Below are positions 50,107-60,200 of a stretch of 64,000 nucleotides of DNA, in pieces; position 1 is the stretch's first letter, and each line of letters starts with the position of its first letter. The notes under the pieces were generated by a model that was given only the letters and a program-made list of their open reading frames with translations, was not told where the DNA came from and did not search any database. Both the position numbers and the translations under genes were made by a program. The stretch covers positions 32,001 through 96,000 of the forward strand of contig CAVSGG010000005.1 in NCBI GenBank assembly GCA_963727455.1, in the 5' to 3' direction. Origin of the DNA: Candidatus Krumholzibacteriota bacterium (GTDB taxonomy: Bacteria > Krumholzibacteriota > Krumholzibacteriia > JAJRXK01).

Positions 50107-51357
50107 ATGAGTAGCTTCGATACTCTCTCCATGTCCGTTGGCGCCATCTTCAGCAACAAGTTGCGGTCCAGCCTCACTCTGGTGGGGATCGTGGCCGGAG
50201 TGGCGTCCATCATTGCAGTGATGACCGCGATCTCGGTGGTGCAGGCCACCATGGAACAGGAGATGAGCGTCCTGGGGTCACAGGTCTTTCAGGTACAGAA
50301 GTGGCCGGCCGGCGGATTCCACAGTTCCGAAGAGCGGCGCAAGGCCATGAAACGGCCGCCGCTGACCATAGAAGATGCGCAGTTGATCCGCGACAAGGTA
50401 CCCACGGCTGATATTGTGGGGGCCGAGCTGTGGTCCTTCGGCTATACCGTGGAATACAAGGGCGAATCGACGAACCCGAACATCACCATCTGCGGGGGGA
50501 CACCCGAGTATGCGGCCAACAACACTCACTACGTGGGGTTGGGGCGCAACATCTCACAAATGGACGTACGCAGTGCGCGCCATGTGGTAGTGATCGGCAA
50601 GGCCATCGCCGGCAAGCTCTTTCCCTTCACTGATCCCATCGATAAGATCATTCGCCTAGACGGCCGCAAGTACAGGGTCATCGGTGTGTTCGACGTGAAG
50701 AAGTCGGCGTTCCGCGGAGGAAGTTTCGAAAACTACTGCCTCATTCCGATCACTTGCTTTTTGAAAACCTACGGAATGGTCGATCCTCAGGGCTTTGATC
50801 GTTCGGTGAACATCACCATCAGGGCCAAGAGTCCAGAGCTGGTCGAAGATACCATCGAGCAGACGCGCCAAGTGTTGCGACATGCGCGCGGAGTGAAGCC
50901 GAACGAACCGGACAACTTCGACTTCTTCAACAGCAAGAGCTTGATTACACAGTTCAACAACATGACCCGCGGGGTCAAAATCGCCGCTTTCGTGGTGGGA
51001 ATCATCGCCCTGGTCGTGGCGGGCATCGGAATCATGAACATCATGCTGGTCTCGGTGACCGAGCGCACCAAGGAGATCGGCATTCGCAAGTCGATCGGAG
51101 CCAAGCCCACGAACATTCTGGTGCAGTTCCTCCTGGAGGCGGTGATCCTGTGCAACTTGGGAGGCCTGGTGGGAGTTGCCGTCGGTTTCGGACTGGGAAA
51201 CGTCTTTACTCTGTTCACCGCCTTCGAGGTCAACGTCCCTCTGCAGTGGACCTTCATCGGACTCGGCTTCTGTTCGATAGTGGGAATCGGCTTCGGCCTG
51301 TTGCCCGCGATCAAGGCCTCGCGCCTCAATCCCATCGACGCCTTGCGCTACGAATGA
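50107..51357 (+). CDS. MacB/FtsX-type ABC permease (second paralog)
   Basis: RSSLTLVGI, GIGIMNIMLVSVTERTKEIGIRK, PIDALRYE. Confidence 0.92.
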   Translation: MSSFDTLSMSVGAIFSNKLRSSLTLVGIVAGVASIIAVMTAISVVQATMEQEMSVLGSQVFQVQKWPAGGFHSSEERRKAMKRPPLTIEDAQLIRDKVPTADIVGAELWSFGYTVEYKGESTNPNITICGGTPEYAANNTHYVGLGRNISQMDVRSARHVVVIGKAIAGKLFPFTDPIDKIIRLDGRKYRVIGVFDVKKSAFRGGSFENYCLIPITCFLKTYGMVDPQGFDRSVNITIRAKSPELVEDTIEQTRQVLRHARGVKPNEPDNFDFFNSKSLITQFNNMTRGVKIAAFVVGIIALVVAGIGIMNIMLVSVTERTKEIGIRKSIGAKPTNILVQFLLEAVILCNLGGLVGVAVGFGLGNVFTLFTAFEVNVPLQWTFIGLGFCSIVGIGFGLLPAIKASRLNPIDALRYE

Positions 51358-51433
51358 GTCACATCGTGTCAGCTTGTTTGCGAATTTCACAATGAGTTTG
51401 AATCCGACGCCCTTTTTTGGCTAAGCTGCGCTC

Positions 51434-53248
51434 ATGAGATCCAATCTTGCCATTTGCTTGATCGCGATGCTGATCGCACCCTTCCTCGCGCAGCCCGAAG
51501 CGTTCGCCACTTCGAAGTCCTACCACGTGAGTAGTCTCACGATCGAGGCTAACGCTCTGTCGAATGGGTCGATGAAGGTCGTCGAGAGCCGTAGCTATAC
51601 ATTTCGGGGCCGCTACCACTACGCCTATCGTAGCTTTTCCCGCTCGGGTGGCATCGACTACTCGGAATTTGTGGTCAGCGAGAATGGACGAGCCTACAAG
51701 CGCAACGATTCAGAGGATCCCGGTAGCTACAAGATCAGCGATAACGGTGACGGGATCGAATTGCGCTGGTACTTCAAGGCGAGCAACGAGACGCGCACCT
51801 TCACCATCTCCTACGAAGTCAACGATCTCATCCGCCGCCATCCCGACGCGGCAGTTCTGCACTATCAGTTCGTCGGTTCGGGCTTCGCGGTGTCGAGTTC
51901 CAAGGTGAGCCTGCAGCTGACGCCGCCTCGCGAGATCGATCCCGGGCAGATCCATCAGTGGTTGCACGGCCCTCTGTGGGCCGAGTCGAAGACCGAGTCG
52001 AACGGAGTCGTCATAGCCTGGTGCGATTTCCTTCCCGCACATCAGTACCTCGAGCTGAATGTGCTCTATCCAGCGGATGCGTTTCCGGATGCGCCGGCAG
52101 TTCCCGGACTGATCGTGGCTCGAGTGATGGAGAAGGAGGCGCAGCTCGCGAAGGAAGCCAATCAACGCAGAATCGAGGCCAAGGAGAAGGCGAAACAGCG
52201 CGCGGCAAGGATGGCTATGGGTAGCAAGGTGACACCGGTGTTGGGTTTCTTGGGGATCTTCGCTTGGGTGCTCATCTTCCTGCGCTACGGACGGAGGCCA
52301 GAGATCCCCTTGAGACTCGAACGCTCGGCTGAGATTCCTTCGGAATTGCCGCCAGCCCTGACCCAATTCCTGGTAGCCAATCGCGTGATCAATGGCAATG
52401 CCTTGGTGGCGACTCTGCTCGATTTAGCCCGACGGGGATTCCTCGAGTTTCACGAAGATAGTGAGGATCGCCATTACATCCTGGGCATCAAGCGGAAAGT
52501 GAACAAGCACTACTGGGTCCTGCTGAGGAAGAAGTACGAGTCCGATCGCAAGGAGCTTCTTCCCTTCGAGTCCATGCTGATCAACTTCGTCTTCGATGAA
52601 CTGGCGGATAGCGATCGTGCTCCCATGGAGCTTTTCAAGAAGAACGCGCGAAAGTGCCGCCGCTTCTTCCGCCAGTGGAAGAAGGAGGTCGAGGCGGAAG
52701 GCAAGCGGCGCGAGTTCTACCTTGCTGAGAGCTATACGGGCAGGAATCTCGGCATGATGGTCGGTGGATTCATGGTCATTCTGGGCGTCGCGTTGGCTGC
52801 GTTCTTTTACGAGTGGGCCCTCGTTCCCGGGATCCTGGGACTGGTGCTCTTCGTGCTCTCGTTGCTAATCGTGCATCACACGCGCAAGGGCGCGATCGAG
52901 GCCGCACGTTGGAAGAGCTTGAAGAACTATCTGAAAGAACTTGGATCGAGGCGTACGAGTCAGATGGACAGCGTCCCGCGCTATCTAGTGTATGGCGTTG
53001 CCTTGGGCGTCGGTAAGAAGGCCCTGACCGACCTGGCGAATGCCATCCCCGCGGGACAACAAAATGTCTACGTCCCCTGGTACTTCACTCAGGGAGAATA
53101 CGGTGGCAGCTTTGGCGCGTCCTTCGGAGCCTCTTTCAGCACCGCGGTGGCTACGGTGAGTTCCAGCATGTCCAGCGCCACCGGGGCGGGAGGCGGTGCT
53201 TCCGCGGGCGGTGGCGGCGCGGGTGGTGGTGGCGGCGGAGCTGGTTGA
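51434..53248 (+). CDS. DUF2207 family membrane protein
   Basis: Signal peptide, NGS..V.E...Y.F.G, ATLLDLARRG, YLVYGVALGV, Gly/Ser-rich C-terminus (GGGAGGGGGGAG). Confidence 0.85.
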   Translation: MRSNLAICLIAMLIAPFLAQPEAFATSKSYHVSSLTIEANALSNGSMKVVESRSYTFRGRYHYAYRSFSRSGGIDYSEFVVSENGRAYKRNDSEDPGSYKISDNGDGIELRWYFKASNETRTFTISYEVNDLIRRHPDAAVLHYQFVGSGFAVSSSKVSLQLTPPREIDPGQIHQWLHGPLWAESKTESNGVVIAWCDFLPAHQYLELNVLYPADAFPDAPAVPGLIVARVMEKEAQLAKEANQRRIEAKEKAKQRAARMAMGSKVTPVLGFLGIFAWVLIFLRYGRRPEIPLRLERSAEIPSELPPALTQFLVANRVINGNALVATLLDLARRGFLEFHEDSEDRHYILGIKRKVNKHYWVLLRKKYESDRKELLPFESMLINFVFDELADSDRAPMELFKKNARKCRRFFRQWKKEVEAEGKRREFYLAESYTGRNLGMMVGGFMVILGVALAAFFYEWALVPGILGLVLFVLSLLIVHHTRKGAIEAARWKSLKNYLKELGSRRTSQMDSVPRYLVYGVALGVGKKALTDLANAIPAGQQNVYVPWYFTQGEYGGSFGASFGASFSTAVATVSSSMSSATGAGGGASAGGGGAGGGGGGAG

Positions 53249-53369
53249 GTTGGAGAATCCAGTCACCACCCTGAGGCAGTCGATCACCCGCCGGGCTTCG
53301 CGCCTTCCAGGCCGTCGAAATTCTCAGCATTGAATCTGCCCGAATTCGCGCGCTCGAAGTTCGACTGGA

Positions 53370-53399
53370 TTGACAGCCCGACCCGTCATCCTCTACAAT
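53370..53399 (+). promoter_or_regulatory. Putative sigma70 promoter for the cohesin/giant protein locus
   Basis: TTGACA-18 nt-TACAAT, about 270 nt upstream of ATG 53674. Confidence 0.55.
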
Positions 53400-53673
53400 C
53401 TCAAGCCATAGTTAGACTTGCTGTGATCAGCGGCTTTGGGCTCCCGCAGAGCGATTTTCACATCTTTGGCTTCGCAACTTCCAAGAGGAGTCTACTGGTG
53501 CTGCGCCAATGCGATTTCCCCCTGCGCGGATCATCCGTAGCGCAATTCAATACCCGCCCGCAATTCGTCTACCAGAACAAGAGATTTAGCTGCGACCGTT
53601 GTCCCGCGAATTCACGCGCAGTTCCAGCGTGTTGCCACCGCATCCAAGCCCCTCACCAAGGAGCATCGCGCCC

Positions 53674-54225
53674 ATGGACCACCCACGTCCGTCTTTGAAA
53701 TCTCTCGCCCTTCTCTCCGTAGTTCTTTGCTTGCTGATCGTCAACGCGGCGAACGCTCAAGAGTTGAGCGGCGTAACCAATCCGGTGGGAGGGGGGTTCA
53801 TCTGCCCTAACACCATACTCGTTGATCTTAACGTTGATGCGGCAGTGGTGGATCTTCGCGGTTTCTCACTCACGCTGAGTTACGATCCTGCCGTGCTCGA
53901 TCCAATTTCCGTGAGCGCCGGATCACTAGTGGCTTCGGCGTCCTGTGCCAACACGCTGTATTGGATCGACGCCGGCACCAACGATGGGAGTTTGGAAGTT
54001 GATCTAGCCCTCCTTGGATGTTCCGTGAACGGACCGGGGTCGGTTCTGAGCATCGAATTCGAAGGAGTCGGCGACGGGACCACGACTCTGCAGTGTTCTA
54101 ACAGTATCTTTCGGGACAGCGCGAATGCGGAAATCCCCGTGAGCTGTCTTCCCGTCGACATCAGCTATAGCTGCCCCGTGCCCGCGGCAGGACATTCCTG
54201 GGGCATGTTGAAGACCAGTTACTGA
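53674..54225 (+). CDS. Secreted single cohesin-like domain protein with C-terminal SWG-x-LK tail
   Basis: ATG 53674 after AAGGAG; signal peptide (…ANA|Q); L.GFSLTLSYDPAVL...V.AG, G.G.VL.I.F, G.T.L cohesin-type pattern; ends HSWGMLKTSY. Confidence 0.78.
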   Translation: MDHPRPSLKSLALLSVVLCLLIVNAANAQELSGVTNPVGGGFICPNTILVDLNVDAAVVDLRGFSLTLSYDPAVLDPISVSAGSLVASASCANTLYWIDAGTNDGSLEVDLALLGCSVNGPGSVLSIEFEGVGDGTTTLQCSNSIFRDSANAEIPVSCLPVDISYSCPVPAAGHSWGMLKTSY

Positions 54226-54267
54226 GTTCTTTTGTACTTGGGATTGAAAGTCCCGGAGAGGTAGATC

Positions 54268-57200
54268 ATGTCACGCGCCCGAGTCTTTTCGACAGTTCTT
54301 TCGTTCCTCGCTCTGATTGTCTTCGCTGCTGGTTCGGCCTGGGCTCAGAACGCAATCGTCACCGAAAACGCACTCCCGGGAAATCCCCCGAGCGAGTGGG
54401 ACGTGAGTGGGGCCGGTGACCAGAGCATCCAGGGCTTCGCGACCGACATCAGCGTCGACCAGGGTGAGACCATCGACTTCAAGATCAGAACCGATGCCAG
54501 CAGCTATCGCATCGACATCTATCGGCTCGGCTTTTACGGGGGCGACGGCGCGCGCAAAGTCGCGACGGTTCTTCCCTCGGCCACCCTGCCCCAGACTCAA
54601 CCCTCCTGCATCTCGGACTCTGCAACCGGTTGCCTGGACTGCGGAAACTGGGACGTATCCGCCTCGTGGGCCGTGCCCGTGGACGCCACTTCGGGCATCT
54701 ACCTCGCCAAGCTAGTGCGTACCGATCCGGAAGACGGACGCGCCAGCCATATCGTCTTCATCGTGCGCGACGATGACGGTGGTAGCGATCTTCTCTTTCA
54801 GACCTCGGACACCACCTGGCAGGCCTACAATCGATGGGGCGAAAGCGATCCGACGGGGGGCTATAGCATCTACGAGGGTCCCACCGGCAAGGCCGACAAG
54901 ATCAGTTACAACCGGCCATTCGGTACCCGCGCCTATCCCACCGAAGACTGGCTTTTCAATGCCGAATATCCGATGGTGCGCTGGCTCGAGCGCAACGGCT
55001 TCGATGTGAGCTACTTCACTGACGTCGATACCGATCGTCGTGGCGCCGAGATCCTGGAACACCAGGTCTTCATGTCGGTCGGCCATGACGAGTACTGGTC
55101 CCGTGCCGCCCGCGAGAACGTAACGGCAGCGCGGGATGCGGGCGTGAACCTGGCCTTCTTCAGCGGGAACGAGATCTACTGGAAGATTCGTTGGGAAGAT
55201 AGCATCGACGGCAACGGAACACCGATGAGGACCCTCGTGTGTTACAAAGAGGGCGATCTCGGCGAGAACCAGTGTTTCGACAAATGTGACCCCGTGTCCG
55301 ACGTATGGACGGGTCTGTGGAGATCCGGCTGTGACTACACGCCGCCGGCCGACGGCTGTGAGCCCGAGAACGCCCTCTCGGGACAGATCAGCTGGCTGGG
55401 TACCACGGGTGCCATCACCGTGCCCAGCACTTACAAGGATTTACCCCTGTGGCGCAACACCTCCATCGCCACCCTGGGGCCCGAGGAGACCGCCACGTTT
55501 CCCAGCGGGACCCTGGGCTACGAGTGGGACTTCGAGCAGTACGAGGACTCCTATCCGGCGGGCCGGATTCGTATGTCCGAAACCCACCAGGATGGAGAGA
55601 CGCATCAGCTCTCGCTGTATCGTCATAGCAGCGGGGCCCTGGTCTTTGGCGCGGGCACCGTCCAGTGGTCATGGGGTCTCGATGCGAATCACGATCGCTC
55701 GGGGGGCGCAGAGGACGCGCGCATGCAGCAAGCCACGGTAAACGTACTCGCGGACATGGGCGTGCAACCGGCGACCCTGCAGACGGGATTGGTGGCAGCA
55801 ACTCCTCTTTCGGATTCCACCGCGCCCGTTTCCGTGATCGCATTTCCCACCGACGGCTCTTCGGTGGAAGTCGGTACTCCGGCCACCATCTCGGGGACCG
55901 CTTCGGATAGCGGTGGAGGCGCGGTCGCTTTGATCGAACTCTCCTTCGACGGGGGAGCCACCTGGCAGACGGCCCAGGGGCTTTCGAATTGGAGCTACCA
56001 GTGGACTCCCACCAGTACCGGTCCGGTCACCATCATGAGCCGGGCGACGGACGGAGCCTTCAACACCCAAACTCCCGGGGCGGGAATCAGCCTCACGGTC
56101 GATCCGCACGTCTGCCCCTGCACCCTCTGGAGTGACGCCGTCATTCCGGGAACCATCGATAGCGGCGATGCCTTGGCCGTGGAACTGGGGATGAAATTCC
56201 AGACCGAGGAGAACGGCTACATCACCGCCATTCGCTTCTACAAGGCCGCGACGAACACCGGCGTTCACGTGGGAAATCTGTGGGCTAGCGATGGCACCTT
56301 ACTGGGTAGCGCGACCTTCTCGGCCGAGTCCGCTTCCGGTTGGCAGGAGGAGCCGCTCAATCCGCCGGTGGCCGTCACCGCCAACTCCACCTATGTCGTC
56401 TCGTACCACACGAATACGGGTTACTACTCGGTCGATAGCGGATACTTCGCCAGCACCGGTCTGAGCAATCCTCCTCTACGGGCCCTGGCCGAGGGAGAGG
56501 AAGGGAGCAACGGAGTCTACAAATACGGTGCCACCAGTGCCTTCCCGACCGACGCCTTCAACTCGTCCAACTACTGGGTAGACGTGCGCTTCCACACGAG
56601 CGCGGTCGACGATCAAGCGCCCTACCTGACAATTCACAGCCCCGCCACCGGCGCATTGGGAGTTGCGGTGGAAAGCAAGGTCACCGCGACCTTCAACGAA
56701 TCGGTCGATCCGTTGAGCGTGGTTTTCGAGTTGCGCGATGCGGGCAACAATCTCGTCACGACCAACTTCAGCTATGACGGGCCCTCGCGTACGGCGATCC
56801 TCGACCCCGCGGTCGATTTGGATTATTCCAGTCAGTACACCGCTACTCTGAGCGACGCGACCGATCTGGCGTCGAACTCGCTATCCGCGCCGGTGAGTTG
56901 GTCGTTCAACACTGAAGATGTGCCGCCGCCGCCTCCCGATGAGGGCCCGGGCGGTCCCATCCTGGTGGTGGGCGATGCGGCCAATCCCTTCACTCGTTAC
57001 CCTGCCGAGATTCTGCGCACTGAGGGCTTGAACGCCTTCACCGCCAGCGACATCACTCTCATCGACGCGAGTGTCTTGGCCAACTACGACGTGGTGATTC
57101 TGGGGGAGATGGCGCTCTCCGCCGCACAGGTCACCATGTTCAGCGACTGGGTGAACGCGGGCGGCAATCTCATCGCCCTACGACCGGACAAGCAGCTGGC

Positions 57201-60200
57201 CTCACTCTTGGGACTGAGCGATGCCAGCGGTACGCTGGACGACGGATATCTGCTGGTAGATACCTCAGTGGGACCGGGAGTGGGAATTGTCGGTGAGACC
57301 ATCCAGTACCACAGTAGCGCGGATCTCTACGATCTCGCGGGAGCGACCGCTCTGGCCACCCTCTATTCCGATGCGACCACGGCCACGACGCATCCCGCGG
57401 TCTCGCTGGTGAGCGTGGGAAGCAACGGCGGTCAGGCAGCCGCCTTCAGCTATGATCTGGCGCGTTCGGTGGTCTACACACGTCAGGGAAATCCCGCCTG
57501 GGCCGGTCAAGAACGCGACGGCACCACGCCAATCCGTTCGGACGATCTCTTCTTTGGCGATGCCGCAGGCGATCCGCAAGCGGATTGGGTCGACCTGAAC
57601 AAGGTCGCGATCCCACAGGCCGACGAACAGCAGCGCCTGCTCGCGAACCTCGTCCTCACGATGAACGAAGATCGCAAACCTCTGCCGCGATTTTGGTATT
57701 TCCCAAGAGGATTGCGTGCGGTAGTGGTAATGACGGGTGACGACCATGGCTCGGGGAGCAACTCGGTTGGTCGTTTCGACATCTACAAGGCGAGTGATCC
57801 CTCCGGCTGTTCCGTAGCGGACTGGGAATGCGTGCGAGCGAGCACCTATCTTTATCCCGCGTCGGGGGGAATGACCGACGCTCAGGCGGTCTATTACCAA
57901 TCCCTGGGATTCGAGATTGGAGTGCACGTCACAACCTCCTGTGGAGATTGGACCGAGTCCTCCTTGGCCTCGGACTACACCCAGCAACTGGGTGACTTCT
58001 ACACTCTGTTTCCCAGTATGCCCACGCCGGATTCGGAGCGTACGCACTGCATCGCCTGGAGCGAGTGGGCCACCCAACCCAAGATCGAGCTTCAGAACGG
58101 CATCCGCCTGGATACCAACTACTACTACTGGCCGGGAAGCTGGCTGCAGGATCGACCGGGCATGTTCACCGGCTCGGGAATGCCCATGCGTTTCGCCGAT
58201 CTCGATGGAACGATGATCGATGTATATCAGGCGACGACACAGATGACGGACGAGTCGGATCAGAGCTTCCCCTACACCATCGACACGCTCCTCGATCGGG
58301 CCCAGGGACCCGAAGGATACTTCGGATTCTTCACCGCCAACATGCACAACGACAGCGTCACGCATGCCTCCGCATCGGCGATCATCGCCTCCGCGCAAGC
58401 GCGCGGGGTGCCGGTGATCTCCGCTCGTCAATTGCTCACCTGGATCGATGCGCGCAACAGCTCGTCGTTCTCCAACCTGGTGTGGTCCTCGAATACCCTG
58501 AATTTCGACGTTGCCCGTTCCGCCTCGGCCCTGAATCTCGAAGGAATGATCCCTGTGCAGGTGGGGGCGGCAACTCTGCAGAGCCTCAGTGGGGACCTTG
58601 GATCGGTCTGGGAGCGCACGGAGATCATCAAGGGCATTCAGTACGCGATCTTTCCCGCCGAGAGTGGCAGCTACGTTGCCACTTACGAAGTGGACACGAC
58701 ACCGCCGGTGATCAGCAACGTGAACGCGGCTCCCGCGATCGATGGAACTGCAGTGATCACCTGGGATACCGACGAAGCGGCTAGCTCGCGGGTGGACTAT
58801 GGCACTGATGCGGGCAACCTGAATCTCAGCGTGTCCGACGCGACCCTGGAGAGCAGCCACAGTTTGACCCTGACCGGGCTGGCTTCCGCGACGACCTACT
58901 ACTATCGGGTGAGCTCGGCCGACGCAGGCGCATTGCTCAGCACCGAACCGCCCACCGGAAACGCTCCGCTGAGCTTCCTGACCCCGGTGGGGCCCTGTCT
59001 GAACGATGCCACGGTGGCCGATTTCGCGGCCGGAACGCCCGATGCCAATGTCTACATTTCCAAGATCTTCGACGGCGAGCTCACCCTCGCGCCGACCGAG
59101 GTGGCGGAATTTGATGGCAGCGCCGTGCCGGCAGGTTGGAACAGCGGACTGTGGGATCCCTCCGGCAGCGCGACGGTTTCCGGTGGAGTCCTCACGCTCG
59201 ATGCGGCCTATACGGGCACTGACCAGGTCTACGGTCCTGATCGGGCAGTGGAGTTTGCGGGCACCTTCCAGAACGTCGGAGGCCAGCACTGTGGTTTTGG
59301 CGTGACCTTCAACGAAACCAACTGGGCGATCTTCAGCACCGGCGTCAGCGGGGGCACGCTCTACGCCAGGGTGGCCGATGGCGGCACGCTCATCGACTTC
59401 GACTTGGGCTCTTCCACGCTGGGAAGCGAGCATCTCTATCGCATCGAATGGGCAAGCTCCGAGGTGAGGTTCTACATCGATGACGTTCTGGTTCATACCG
59501 AGTCCATCGTGCTCAGTACCTCCATGCGCCCTCTGGCCAGTGATCTCAACCCCGGCGGACCGGATCTTACGATCGACTGGATGCGCATGTCGCCGTATGC
59601 ATCCTCGGGTACCTATCTCTCGCGAGTGTACGATGGGGGGGAGGCAACCAACTGGGGCATGATCAACTGGGACGCCGTGGAACCGCTCAATACGAGCGTG
59701 AGTGTGGCGGTGCGCATTGGCAATACTGCAACCCCCGATGCTTCCTGGTCTCCCTTCGGTGTCATCGCCAATCCAGGTGACGTGGTGGGCGGCAACAGTC
59801 GCTACGTACAGTACCGCGTCATTCTGACGAGCTCGAATCCTCTGAACAACCCCCTCCAGAAAGATGTGGTACTCGAGTGTGCCCCGGGACCGGATGTCGA
59901 TCCTCCGGTGATCCTGAACGTGGTGGCAACACCATCCATCGACGGAACCGCGGCCACTGTAAGCTGGACCACCTTGGAGGCAGCGGATTCGCGGGTAGAT
60001 TACGATACCTCACCGACGCCGCTGACACTGCAGGAAAGTGACGCCTCTCTGGTGTTCAATCACTCGGTGGATCTGACCGGACTTACCCCGGGACAAACCT
60101 ATTACTTCCGGGTCAGCTCGGCGGACGCAGCCAGCAACAGTGCCACCGAGCCGATCCTCGCGGATCCAGCGCTGAGCTTCACGACACCGGCGCCCGCGTG

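Noticed and set aside
53180-53245. GGC/GGT-rich low-complexity run
   Set aside because: Encodes the usual Gly-rich C-terminus of DUF2207 proteins; not an independent repeat element.
57265-59496. 743-aa minus-strand ORF
   Set aside because: Antisense shadow of the giant exoprotein; no motifs.
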